DNA of 64,000 nucleotides from Planctomycetota bacterium (GTDB lineage: Bacteria > Planctomycetota > JAJSAM01 > JAJVHW01): the NCBI GenBank assembly GCA_021776825.1, contig JAJFFG010000037.1:2437-66436 (forward strand), in the 5' to 3' direction. A program made the position numbers and the translations under genes. The number at the start of each line of letters is the position of its first letter. Position 1 is the first letter of the stretch. Below, one piece after another: positions 36,001-45,058 of this stretch. The notes beneath the pieces were generated by a model. It was not told the DNA's origin, did not search any database, and saw only the letters and a program-made list of their open reading frames with translations.

Positions 36001-38402
36001 TCGGGCTCTATGGGACTGCCGGGCTTCTGCGCTTCGCCCCGCACGCCCGCGCCGCGGCGTCGGTGGCATGGGCGTTCTCGCCCGCCTCGGATCGCCGCGA
36101 CAGCTTGGCGAGCCGCGCGTCGAGCCTCGCTCGGTTGCGCACGGCATTCGCGCACAGCGAGGCGATCACGTCCGTCGAGTCCGATCTCTGCCGCTTCGTT
36201 GCCGAGTTCCACTCGGAGCACGGGCTGGAACTGAACGACGGGACGGCTCGCGTGGCGGGGCGCTATCTGTTCGAGGAGCTCGCGCGGGGCACCGATCGGT
36301 TCGTCGCGAGTGGCGAGGCCGCGGCTCTGCGCGACGCCTTCCTCGCGCGCCTCGACACGCTCGGCGTGCGTCATGCGTTGACCGAGGACCTCGACGGGCT
36401 CGACGGTCGACTCGCGGAGCGCCATGCCTTGCTGACGGCGTGGATGGAGACGTGGCTGGAGGCGCAGCCGGATGCCGAGGCCTCACGCCCGGTCCTTCCG
36501 GAGTCGGTCGGATTGGTGCTCACCGACGGTGTCCTTGCTCGCGACGTGCAGAGCTCGTTGAGCACCGCCGTCGTCGAGGGCGTCCTCGGCCAGCACGCGC
36601 GGATCGACGATCGACGTCTCCCGCTGCGGCTCGACGAGTTCCTCGGGCGACTCTCCCGTTTCCTGCACGAGCGTGTGCCCGCGTACCGCGCGTATCAGCG
36701 TGTTCGGGCAGAGCTGCTCGAGCGCGAGCGCGAGCGACTGCGGATCTCGGAGTACCTGCCGCGCGTGCTGAGCTCGTTCGTGCGCAACCGCCTGATCGAC
36801 GAGGTCTACCTTCCGCTGATCGGTGACAACCTGGCCAAGCAGCTCGGAGCGAGAGGCGAGGGCAAGCGCACCGATCTGATGGGGTTGTTGCTCCTCATCT
36901 CACCGCCGGGCTACGGCAAGACGACCTTGATGGAGTACGTCGCCAATCGACTCGGTCTGGTCTTCATGAAGATCAACGGTCCGGCGCTCGGCCACGGCGT
37001 CACGTCGCTCGATCCGGCCGAGGCGCCGAGTGCGACGGCGCGGCAAGAGGTCCAGAAGATCAACCTCGCGTTCGAGATGGGCAACAACGTGCTGCTCTAC
37101 CTCGACGACATCCAGCACACGCACCCGGAACTGCTCCAGAAGTTCATCTCGCTCTGCGACGCGACACGCAAGGTCGAGGGTGTCTGGCGTGGGCGCACGC
37201 AGACGTACGACCTGCGCGGGAAGAAGTTCGTCGTCTGCATGGCGGGCAATCCCTACACGGAGTCGGGCGAGCGCTTCCAGGTGCCCGACATGCTGGCCAA
37301 CCGCGCCGACGTCTACAACCTGGGCGACGTGCTCTCCGGCAAGGACGACCTCTTCGCGCTGAGCTACATCGAGAACGCGCTCACGTCGAACCCGGTGCTC
37401 GCGCAGATCACGACGCACGATCATCGCGACGTCCACGTGCTGGTGCGGATGGCGCGTGGCGAAGAGGTCCCCGCGTCCGAGCTTCAGCACGACTACCCGC
37501 AGGTGGAGCGCGAGGAGATCCTCGCGGTGCTGCGGAAGGTCCTGCGTGTGCAGGAGGTGCTCCTCGCGGTCAATCGCGAGTACATCCGCTCCGCGTCGAT
37601 GGACGACGACTTCCGCACCGAGCCACCATTCGGGCTGCAGGGCAGCTACCGCAACATGAACAAGCTCGCCGAGAAGATCGTCGCCGTGATGAACGACGCC
37701 GAGCTCGAGGCGTTGCTCGTGGATCACTACGCCGGCGAATCGCAGACGCTCACGAGCGGTGCGGAGCAGAACCTCCTGAAACTGGCGGAGTTGCGTGGCG
37801 CGCTGACCGAAGAGCAGGCAGCGCGTTGGGACGAGATCCGCGCGGCGTTCCAGCGGCGTCAGCGGATGGGCGGAGACGACGACGATCCGGTTCTGCGGGT
37901 GACCTCGCAACTGGGACATCTCGGCGATCGCGTCGAGTCGGTGGGGGAGTCGATCCGCTCGGCGGCCGAGGCGGCGACGGAACGTCAACGCGGGTGGCAG
38001 GATGCCTTGGTCGCGCGTCGAGAGCAGACCGCTGCCGAGACCGCATTCGAGTCGGCGCTGGCCGCCGCGCAGGCCGACGATGGCGACGCGGAGCGCACGG
38101 GCGAGGCCGTCGGTCGTGCGCTCACGCCGGTGCTGGAACGGATCGCGGAGCTGGCGGCTGCGCGCCCCGAGCCGGCTCTGGACCTCGACGGTGTGGACGA
38201 CGCCGACGGCTTCGCGGCTCTGGCGACGCGCCAGGCCGAGGTCATCGAGGTCGGCCTGCTACCCGTCCTTCGTTCGCTGAACCAGAACCTCCGCGTCTCA
38301 CGCACGGTATGGGATCGACTGAACTCCGTCAGCCAGGCTCTCGCCGCCCTGGCCGGGACCGAACCGCCGGGACCGTTGCCGGAGGCGGACGACGGGACGT
38401 AG
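33027..38402 (+). CDS. Giant (1791 aa) protein with AAA_5/MoxR-like ATPase domain, co-operonic with flotillin
   Basis: GTG start 28 bp after the flotillin stop with GGAGAG SD. Walker A ISPPGYGKTTLMEY, Walker B LLYLDDIQ, FVVCMAGNPY sensor region at residues ~1240-1400. Long helical N- and C-terminal regions. No other domain recognised. Confidence 0.7.
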   Translation: MSDASDGDTGAPSIERGTYEVIRERLLGSGRELSQKAEALNASRLEMFGGTQLAVSGSERLRTENNCVPRDIVAIGNRLLFGYNVFIGLKRETRVDDVFSFQTATAQNGTYEFSPVEDDGTPNPFADERFRHDFRELYAYYSQARLLTLRKVDGKLLAVFQVGRNVTDVKGFRWALGVDGSITYIDNQADRDHGYPPTHDFEWTETSRDDHALGLHPHVSILDEVFVETVGGDLTVKVEDNTADGLGVYRESVVDENQGLDDASIHYAKLGSLILIRLLPFREEQWRYLVFNTLTQHVSRIDHIGQACVQLPEDHGIIFPGGYYLQRGETKTFAADIQGMRLERTVRSPNGEDVLYVFYRQEDGAYVLLPYNMIRKQVDTPIRCHGYCLFEDGRMVVVRAAGSEATRVHPIQVWQTPFTGDVFADARATGNSFLERVGNADLVRGISDCLSVHRMVEEQKPTLAMYEELIAETSRVLDQYHWLGADDVDNLLATLRQVRETAELVIDEFEKVQALRAEASRVLAEADERVKKLVTRLRSAGWKAVEKFVDAMTELRRERGRLISLRDVRYIDVDRVTALEQSVIDRFDAVSAKSVEFLVGASALEPYLVRVADIEAAVETVAKVTETAPLTESLNETSGALNMLTEVVGGLAIDDATVRTSILEAISEVMASLNRARALLQARRRQLLRQEGVAEFAAQFSLLAQSVSGALAMADTPERCDDQLSRLMVQLEEMEGRFSEFDEFLEQLTTKREEIYEALEGKKQSLLDQQQRRAHHLMQAVERILAGVARRASGLGEQDDLNAYFASDAMVMKVREMAGRLRDLDDSVRADEVESRLKSAREDAVRALRDRQDLFEDGASVIRLGKHRFSVNTQALDLTLVPHDDGLALHLTGTDFREPIVDETFEATREYWAQELVSETPAVYRSEYLAYSILAAAETESDGLSLTRLTEAVVDDAALLALVREHAASRYDEGYERGVHDHDAAAILSRLVGLYGTAGLLRFAPHARAAASVAWAFSPASDRRDSLASRASSLARLRTAFAHSEAITSVESDLCRFVAEFHSEHGLELNDGTARVAGRYLFEELARGTDRFVASGEAAALRDAFLARLDTLGVRHALTEDLDGLDGRLAERHALLTAWMETWLEAQPDAEASRPVLPESVGLVLTDGVLARDVQSSLSTAVVEGVLGQHARIDDRRLPLRLDEFLGRLSRFLHERVPAYRAYQRVRAELLERERERLRISEYLPRVLSSFVRNRLIDEVYLPLIGDNLAKQLGARGEGKRTDLMGLLLLISPPGYGKTTLMEYVANRLGLVFMKINGPALGHGVTSLDPAEAPSATARQEVQKINLAFEMGNNVLLYLDDIQHTHPELLQKFISLCDATRKVEGVWRGRTQTYDLRGKKFVVCMAGNPYTESGERFQVPDMLANRADVYNLGDVLSGKDDLFALSYIENALTSNPVLAQITTHDHRDVHVLVRMARGEEVPASELQHDYPQVEREEILAVLRKVLRVQEVLLAVNREYIRSASMDDDFRTEPPFGLQGSYRNMNKLAEKIVAVMNDAELEALLVDHYAGESQTLTSGAEQNLLKLAELRGALTEEQAARWDEIRAAFQRRQRMGGDDDDPVLRVTSQLGHLGDRVESVGESIRSAAEAATERQRGWQDALVARREQTAAETAFESALAAAQADDGDAERTGEAVGRALTPVLERIAELAAARPEPALDLDGVDDADGFAALATRQAEVIEVGLLPVLRSLNQNLRVSRTVWDRLNSVSQALAALAGTEPPGPLPEADDGT

Positions 38403-38404
38403 GG

Positions 38405-39412
38405 GTGAGGGCGGTTGACCGGGCGGCGACGCAAGGGATAGCGACGCCCTCGACCGAGAGCCGCCCGCATTCCACGGGCCGCCGCCCAGCGCCATCGGAT
38501 CCGCGTCGTCCGCGCGACCCAAGCGGGCGGGGCGGATCAGGAGATCCGCCCGTACGACCCGATTGAGGTGGCGCGACCTGCGGATCGAATCCGGACATGG
38601 GGCGCGACGCGGACCGAGAACACGGTTCTCGACCGATGGCCGTCCGCATCACGAGGGTCGTTCGCCGAGCGCCATCGGACCCGCCTCGCGCGGACAACCC
38701 CAGCGGGCGGGGCGGACCAGGGGGTCCGCCCCTACGGCGCCGTTGACCCAGCGATCGCGTGGGGCTGGCGGAGGCGAGGTCGCCACGGATCCGCACCCGG
38801 GGCGCGGCGGTTGCGCGTCAGCGCAAGCGCCGTGACGCGGGAGATGAGGCCACGCAAGGCTGCGACCGACGGGGCGGCTCTCGTGTGAGAGCTGACGCAG
38901 CCGCGGAGCCGACCAGGAACATGGGAGGCGCGGCGATTGCGACATGCCCCCAACGAGCGTCCACGTTCGACTGGCGCCGCAATCGACGTGACCCCGGGGC
39001 GCTGCGGTTGCGCGTCAGCGCAAGCGCCGTGACGCGGGGCAACGAGGCCACGCAAGGCTGCGACCGAGGGGGTTGCGCTCTCGTGTGAGAGGTGACGCAG
39101 CCGCGGAGCCGACCAGGGACAATGAGGGCGGGGCGGACCAGGGGGTCCGCCCCTACGGCGCCGTTGACCCAGCGATCGCATGAGGTTGGCGGGGGCGAGG
39201 TCGAGCCGGATCCCCACCCGGGGCGCGCTGGTTGCGCTCGAGCGCAAGCAGCGTGACGCGGGGAATGTGTGCGCGGAGGTCCTCGACCGGCGCCGATGGC
39301 TCTCGCGAGACGTGTGACGAGACCGAGCACACACCAGACAGAAACACAGGGCGCGGCGATTGCCGCATCTCTCGACGCGCGCTCACCCGAGACGCGCCCT
39401 GCAATCGCCGTG
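38405..39412. repeat. Largest cluster of the composite palindromic repeat family (units A, middle motif, B, then two to three ~300-bp B-type copies), downstream flank of the flotillin block
   Basis: 38523 gcgggcggggcggatcaggagatccgcccgtacgacccgattgaggtggcgcg. 38700 and 39125 gggcggggcggaccagggggtccgcccctacggcgccgttgacccagcgatcgc.tg.gg.tggcgg. ttgcgcgtcagcgcaagcgccgtgacgcgggg at 38810 and 39005, degenerate at 39230. Confidence 0.85.
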
Positions 39413-39416
39413 ACCG

Positions 39417-39779
39417 CTACGCGATTTCGAGCAACTCCATGTCGAACACCAGGTCCTGCTTCGGCGGGATGCCGGCCGGGTGCCCCTGTTCGCCGTACGC
39501 CAGCAGATACGGGATCGTCGCGCTCCACCGATCGCCGACGCACATCTCCGCGACGATCAGATCCCAGCCGCGGATGACCATCCCGGCGCCGAGCGTGAAG
39601 GCGAAGGGCGACCCGCGATCTCGCGAACTGTCGAAGGAGCGCCCGTCGGGGTAGGTCCCGACGTAGTGCATGCTGACCCGGTCACTGGCGAGCGGTTTCT
39701 GACCCTGACCGCTCGTGATGATCTCGATCTGGATCGCCGGAACCCCGTCCATCCCCGCTTCGATCTGCATGTCCGCCAT
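39417..39779 (-). CDS. FKBP-type peptidyl-prolyl cis-trans isomerase
   Basis: DRVSMHYVGTYPDGRSFDSSRDRGSPFAFTLGAGMVIRGWDLIVAEMCVGDRWSATIPYLLAYGEQGHPAGIPPKQDLVFDMELLEI is the FKBP12 signature. Confidence 0.9.
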   Translation of the reverse strand: MADMQIEAGMDGVPAIQIEIITSGQGQKPLASDRVSMHYVGTYPDGRSFDSSRDRGSPFAFTLGAGMVIRGWDLIVAEMCVGDRWSATIPYLLAYGEQGHPAGIPPKQDLVFDMELLEIA

Positions 39780-39822
39780 CGCTCCTCCTTCTCGCCGTCC
39801 TCGACAGCGCGCGGAGGCTACC

Positions 39823-40248
39823 TCAGGTCGCCAGCGAGAGCGTGAGGAAGGCGTGCCAGGTCTCGTCGTCGTCCGAGGCGATGGTCAGGTCGTGGACCTG
39901 ATGACCGACCAGGTCCCGCAGGCGATCGTTGATGCGCTCGTCGAGTTCCTCGAGCGCGCCCTCGACGCGGATCACCTTGAACTCGGGTGAGGGCGTCTCT
40001 GGACGCTGCGGGCCCGCCTGCTGGACGGCGCCGAGCATCTGCGACGCGAGGAAGAGGCGCTGTCCGAAGCGATCCTCCATCTCCTGGTAGGAGTAGGAGA
40101 AGCCGGGTCCGGCGAGGTCCTCCTCGTTCTCGACGGCCTTGTCGACGAGCTGGCTGACCATGCCCCGCCAGACGCGGTGGAGCGAGCGCTGTGCGCGACG
40201 GCGATCGCTCTCGTCGATGGGGACTCCGCCGTCACGGCGCTGACTCAT
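39823..40248 (-). CDS. Hypothetical cytoplasmic protein
   Basis: 141 aa, high GC3 coding bias. No domain recognised. Confidence 0.5.
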   Translation of the reverse strand: MSQRRDGGVPIDESDRRRAQRSLHRVWRGMVSQLVDKAVENEEDLAGPGFSYSYQEMEDRFGQRLFLASQMLGAVQQAGPQRPETPSPEFKVIRVEGALEELDERINDRLRDLVGHQVHDLTIASDDDETWHAFLTLSLAT

Positions 40249-40324
40249 CTGCGCAATCTACCGCCGAGACCGTGGCGGTGCGCGATCCGTAACGCTCTGT
40301 CCGTCGTCTCGTAGACTCGAACAG

Positions 40325-41542
40325 ATGCACCTGCAACGATCCTCCGTGGTCCGAGCGACGGCTCTGGTCGTCGGTCTGGCCGCCCTCGCCACCTCCTCGT
40401 CGTCGCTGGCGGCGAAGACGGCTCCCGCCTGGGTGCTCGATGGGCAGCGCGTGGTCGCGATCGAGGCGGGCGTCGGTTCGCTGGCCGGTCGGTACGGCTA
40501 CGATCTCGGCCCGTTCTTCGCGAATGTCTCGTTGGCCTACGACGGGCGCGGGAAACTCTCCGGCGGCGGGCTCGCTGGCACCTCGATCTACAACGTCTCG
40601 GGCACGTGGGGCGTCGATCCCGCGACGGGTCGCGCCGCCGTCCATCTCGAGGAGGTCTCGCCGACACCGAAGTTGGTGTTCGACGGCGTCCAGTCCGAGG
40701 ACCTGCTGCGCATCGACGGCACGTACACCCGAGTGGCGGGCTTCGCGGGGATCTCCGAGGCAGCGGCGGGGCCGTTGTCGCTCGGGCGCACGCCGCCGGT
40801 GCCAGCCGAGACCGCGTTCACGCTGCGCTTCAGCGCTCGGCAGTCGGGTGGGGGCAAGATCTCCAATGCCGTCCGCACGGTCGCGGCCAAGCGCGAGAAG
40901 GTCCTGGCGTCGCTGGAGATCTTCGGGGACGAGGTGCTGGAGAGCGGCAAGGTCCGTGGGAAGCTCAAGACCGATCGCGCCGGCTTCTCGACGGCGAAGC
41001 TCCAGGTGAAGGGGAAGGGCTGGTCGGTGAAGATGACCGGCCCCGTGGACGCCGACGGGTTCCACGCCACGGCGACCGTCAAGACGCCCATCTTGAACCT
41101 GGAAGGCGTGCTTCTCGAATTGCCGGCGGAGGCCGCGCCCGACGCGCCGCCGCCCCCGCCTCCATCGGTGCCGGAGGACTTCCTCGACGGCGCCTTCGCA
41201 CGCATCGAGGCCGGCCAGATCACGATCACGCGCGGCAACGTCCCGAAGCGCTTCTTCGGGAAGTCGAGCGACCTGACGATCCGGTTCCCGGCCACGGTGG
41301 GCGCGGGCGTCACGTCCTGCACGCCCCTGACGGCAGGTGGAGCGAACCCGCGCCTCTTCCTTGTCGAGCAGGGCAATAAGGCATTCGGGACGGCGCTCGA
41401 GCCGGCGAACGTCCAGCTCGACATCACCACGTTCTCGACGCAGACCGGGCAGACCATCCGCCTCCGCGCCACCGGCACGACGGTGCGCGACGACGGCAAG
41501 ACGAAGACCGTCGACGTGGACATCCTCGCGACGATCCTCTGA
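40325..41542 (+). CDS. Secreted hypothetical protein (Gly/Thr-rich beta protein)
   Basis: Signal peptide MHLQRSSVVRATALVVGLAALATSSSSLAA. PPPPPP linker at ~290. No domain recognised. Confidence 0.55.
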   Translation: MHLQRSSVVRATALVVGLAALATSSSSLAAKTAPAWVLDGQRVVAIEAGVGSLAGRYGYDLGPFFANVSLAYDGRGKLSGGGLAGTSIYNVSGTWGVDPATGRAAVHLEEVSPTPKLVFDGVQSEDLLRIDGTYTRVAGFAGISEAAAGPLSLGRTPPVPAETAFTLRFSARQSGGGKISNAVRTVAAKREKVLASLEIFGDEVLESGKVRGKLKTDRAGFSTAKLQVKGKGWSVKMTGPVDADGFHATATVKTPILNLEGVLLELPAEAAPDAPPPPPPSVPEDFLDGAFARIEAGQITITRGNVPKRFFGKSSDLTIRFPATVGAGVTSCTPLTAGGANPRLFLVEQGNKAFGTALEPANVQLDITTFSTQTGQTIRLRATGTTVRDDGKTKTVDVDILATIL

Positions 41543-41588
41543 GTAGGAGAGCGCCGGGTCGGTGGCGAGCTCTCGCTCGCGCGGGGCC

Positions 41589-42926
41589 TCAGTCCGATGT
41601 GCGGCGGCCGATCAGCGCGCTGACGGGGAGCGCGGCCAGGACGATCAGGAACGGGTCGAGCGGGAGGCGTACGCGGGAGTACCCGGCGCCGATCGCGTGC
41701 GAACTCGAGTAGAGGCCGAGCACCAGCACCGAGAACACGACGAATCGACGCCGCTCCGGATCGCGCGCGACCCGCGCCAGTGCCAGCCCGGCCAGGAGCA
41801 GCAACGGCGTGTACGCCAGGATCTGCACCAGGTTGCGTTGGGAGTGCCCCTCGAGCTCGCGCGCTCCCCAGCGACGCGGATGAAAGCGCGGATCCCAGAT
41901 CCGCAGGAAACGCGTCCCGACGAGCCGCAGGAACGTACCGGGGTTCGCCTGCACCCACGTGCGGGTTGCCGCGCTGAAGCGGTCGCGAGCGGCGAGGGTC
42001 TCGTGCGGCGTGAGGCGCGTATGGAACTGCCCGATCGAGAGCGGGCCCCTCGCGTACTGGGGCAGGATCGCCACCGCGTCGTACGACGAGTCAGCGTCGG
42101 TCGCGACGACTGCTTCGTCACAGTTCGCCGACCAGATGGCCTCGGCACCGTGGGCGCCGACGAGCGGAAACTCGCCCGTGAGCAACGCGTTGCGCACGAG
42201 CCACGGCATCATCGCCGCGACCGTCACCGTGAGGGCGAGTGCCACGCGACGAACCAGCACCGCGCGCGCGGTGGGCGTCAGCCACAGCAGCACCGCCGCC
42301 GCCGGTAGGAGCGGGAGGAGCGACGGTCGCGTCAGCAGCCCAGCTGCTGTCCAGAGCCCCCACTGCACGGCGCGGCGCCGCAGCGGCGTGGCGGCCAGGG
42401 CGGCCGTCGAGTCCAGCCATCCGAGGAGCAGAAGCGTGAACAGCGCCGTGTCGCTGATCGAGGTTCCGTGCCACGCGAGATACGGATAGAGCGCCGCAGC
42501 GAAGGCTGCCCACGCTCCCGCGCGAGGCGAGATCCGCGATGCGAATCGGTGGGCGATGGTCGTGGTCAATGCGCCGATCGCCGCAGAGAGCGCCCCGACG
42601 GCCCAGAACGTCTTGCCGAACAGCAGATACGCCGCCGCGAGGCACGCCGGGTAGCCAGGGTGCTGGTAGACGTTCGGCAGCCCGTGGAGCTGGAACCCCT
42701 CGAACGCGGCCAACGAGCTCGCGAGATCGCTGAGGACGTACAGGTTGTTCCCGGAGACGAGAACCTCATCCCGGCGAAGCCACGCGATGGCCACGCGCAG
42801 GAAGACGGCGACCACGCACGCTGCTACCAGCGGGCCGCGGCTGCGCCCGTTGGTCGTTCCCGTCTCGCCGTCGCCTGGATCATGCGTCACGCGCCGGGAG
42901 AGTACTGAGGGGTGACCCCGATCCAC
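41589..42926 (-). CDS. Glycosyltransferase family 39 (ArnT/PMT-like) integral membrane protein
   Basis: Approximately 11 TM helices; family assigned from overall topology and composition, no specific motif checked. Start uncertain. Confidence 0.55.
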   Translation of the reverse strand: MDRGHPSVLSRRVTHDPGDGETGTTNGRSRGPLVAACVVAVFLRVAIAWLRRDEVLVSGNNLYVLSDLASSLAAFEGFQLHGLPNVYQHPGYPACLAAAYLLFGKTFWAVGALSAAIGALTTTIAHRFASRISPRAGAWAAFAAALYPYLAWHGTSISDTALFTLLLLGWLDSTAALAATPLRRRAVQWGLWTAAGLLTRPSLLPLLPAAAVLLWLTPTARAVLVRRVALALTVTVAAMMPWLVRNALLTGEFPLVGAHGAEAIWSANCDEAVVATDADSSYDAVAILPQYARGPLSIGQFHTRLTPHETLAARDRFSAATRTWVQANPGTFLRLVGTRFLRIWDPRFHPRRWGARELEGHSQRNLVQILAYTPLLLLAGLALARVARDPERRRFVVFSVLVLGLYSSSHAIGAGYSRVRLPLDPFLIVLAALPVSALIGRRTSD

Positions 42927-43036
42927 GAAAGGTCTCGACGCCGCCGTCGTGCGCCGCGCAGGGGGATCGCTGCGACCGACGACGGGAGCGCGCTACGCTC
43001 CGCGGTTCGAGACCATAGTCCCGAGGAGAGTGCCCC

Positions 43037-44098
43037 GTGCCCGCGACCAAAGATGAGATCATGAGCGCTCTGACGCAGGTTCAGGACCCCGAGCTCCACA
43101 AGGACATCGTGTCGCTGGGCATGGTGAAAGACATCGAGTTCGGCGGCGACAAGCTGTTCCTCGGCATCGAGCTCACGACGCCGGCGTGCCCGATGAAGGA
43201 CCAGATCAAAGGCGACATCGAGGCGGCGCTCGCCCCCCTCGGCATCACCGAGTCGGTGGAGATCAACTGGAGCGCGCAGGTCGGGTCCTCTCGCGGTCCC
43301 GATGCGGAGCGCGCTCCCGGGATCAAGAACGTCATTGCCGTCGCCTCCGGCAAGGGCGGGGTCGGCAAGTCGACCGTCGCGGTGAACCTCGCCGTCTCGC
43401 TCCAGCAGGAGGGAGCCAAGGTCGGGTTGATGGATGTCGACATCTACGGCCCCAGCGCACCGCTGATGACAGGCACGGTCGGTCGCAGTCCCGAGGTCCT
43501 CGAGGGGCGGCTGCGGCCCGTGCAGGCCCACGGCATCTGGATCCTCTCGATGGGGTACCTGGTGCCCGAGGGGCAGGCCGTGGTGTGGCGCGGACCGATG
43601 CTCCACAAGGCCATCACCCAGTTCTTCGAGGACGTCGATTGGGGCGACCTGGACTACCTGGTCGTCGACCTTCCGCCGGGCACAGGCGACGTGCAGCTCT
43701 CGCTCTCGCAGATCTTCCCGCTGACCGGTGCCGTCATGGTGACGACGCCACAGGCGGTCGCACTCGCCGACGTCGTCAAGGGCGCCAACATGTTCGAGCG
43801 CGTCAACGTGCCGATGCTGGGCGTGATCGAGAACATGAGCTACTTCGTCTGCCCGTGCTGTGACACGCGGAGCGAGATCTTCGACCACGGTGGGGGCCGG
43901 AAGACCGCGCTCGAGCACGGCTGGCCGTTCCTCGGCGAGATCCCGATCGATCCGAGCGTGCGCGTGGGCGGCGATGACGGCACGCCCGTCGTCATCAGCC
44001 ACCCGGACTCGCCGGTCTCCCAGGAGTTCCGGGCGACCGCCCGTATCCTGGCGGGGAAGGTGAGCCAGATCGCACGGCTCGGAAAGGTGGAGGTATGA
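43037..44098 (+). CDS. apbC: Mrp/ApbC/NBP35 Fe-S cluster carrier ATPase
   Basis: N-terminal DUF59-like (ALTQVQDPELHKDIVSLGMV), P-loop VASGKGGVGKSTVAVNLA, C-terminal CPCC motif. Start may be ATG 43061. Confidence 0.9.
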   Translation: MPATKDEIMSALTQVQDPELHKDIVSLGMVKDIEFGGDKLFLGIELTTPACPMKDQIKGDIEAALAPLGITESVEINWSAQVGSSRGPDAERAPGIKNVIAVASGKGGVGKSTVAVNLAVSLQQEGAKVGLMDVDIYGPSAPLMTGTVGRSPEVLEGRLRPVQAHGIWILSMGYLVPEGQAVVWRGPMLHKAITQFFEDVDWGDLDYLVVDLPPGTGDVQLSLSQIFPLTGAVMVTTPQAVALADVVKGANMFERVNVPMLGVIENMSYFVCPCCDTRSEIFDHGGGRKTALEHGWPFLGEIPIDPSVRVGGDDGTPVVISHPDSPVSQEFRATARILAGKVSQIARLGKVEV

Positions 44099-45012
44099 AG
44101 GGCGGATCGGTCGCACTGGTTGCCGGATTGGCGGGCTTCTTCCTCGGCGGCGTCGGAGTGTTCTTCGCGACGGACGCGCAACGCACGGTCAAGGACGTTC
44201 AGAACGTCCAGATCGCGGATGAGCAGCAGTTCACCGACCTCTTCGAGCGGCTGCGCGCCGCCGAGGCGGCGGAGCAGGGGCTCAGCAAGCGTCTCGTTCG
44301 CGTGACCGAGGACGAGACGCAGCTCCGCGCCAAGGTGCGCGAGCTGATCGAGCGCATCGATGCCCTCGAGAAGCGTGGGGCCAGTGGCCCACGGACGGAC
44401 ATTCGCCCTAACCCGGACAAGACGAAACGGTTCCAGGACATCGGGGCGCAGCGCCGTCGATTCGAGGAGCTGCGAGCGAAGGTCTGGAGTGGTGACGCCA
44501 GCGCCGACGAAGAGGCCGAGTTCTGGAAGGCGGCCCGCGAGAGTGGCGTCCTCGATGAGATCCTGAAGGACCTCGAGGAGCAGTCCGAGACCAACCCTCG
44601 CGATACCGCGGCGCTGATGAATCTCGCCCGGGGCTACACCGCCAAGCTCCTGAGCGTGCCGGACGGTCCGGAGCGTGGTGCGTGGGCGGTGAAGGGCGAG
44701 GCGCAGTACCAGAAGGTGCTCGAGATCGATCCCGAGCATTGGGTGGCGCGCTTCAGCCTCGCCTTCTCGTGGAGCCAGTGGCCGGCGTTCGCGAACAAGG
44801 GTCCGGCCGCGATCGACCAGTTCGAGAAACTGCGCGACATCCAGGAGCGCGGCGTCGCGCAGCCGCGTCAGTCGCGCGTCTACGTGCAGCTCGCCACTCT
44901 CTATCGCACGCAGGGCAATGCGGAGCGCGCGCAGAAGACACTCGAAGACGGGCTCGAACGCCACCCCGGCGACCCGGGCCTCAAGGACGCGCTCGACGCG
45001 GCGACTCGCTAA
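44095..45012 (+). CDS. TPR-like repeat protein with N-terminal transmembrane anchor
   Basis: ATGA overlap with apbC. TM GGSVALVAGLAGFFLGGVGVFFA. Helical repeat region. 305 aa. Confidence 0.55.
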   Translation: MKGGSVALVAGLAGFFLGGVGVFFATDAQRTVKDVQNVQIADEQQFTDLFERLRAAEAAEQGLSKRLVRVTEDETQLRAKVRELIERIDALEKRGASGPRTDIRPNPDKTKRFQDIGAQRRRFEELRAKVWSGDASADEEAEFWKAARESGVLDEILKDLEEQSETNPRDTAALMNLARGYTAKLLSVPDGPERGAWAVKGEAQYQKVLEIDPEHWVARFSLAFSWSQWPAFANKGPAAIDQFEKLRDIQERGVAQPRQSRVYVQLATLYRTQGNAERAQKTLEDGLERHPGDPGLKDALDAATR

Positions 45013-45058
45013 CTCGAATCGTTGGTGTCGGCGGACGCTGCTTGACGACGCCCTCGCG

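Noticed and set aside
38575-38600. tRNA-like T-loop string ggatcgaatccgg
   Set aside because: It is part of repeat unit A. No acceptor stem or anticodon arm can be folded around it.
38405-39412. Possible CRISPR array in the clustered GC-rich repeats (also 1030-1446, 28730-29260)
   Set aside because: Repeats are of several different lengths (30-300 bp), imperfect, in both orientations and not separated by regular unique spacers. No cas genes in the window.
40232-41065. 277-aa minus-strand ORF
   Set aside because: Antisense to the signal-peptide secreted protein 40325..41542. Arg-rich artefact.
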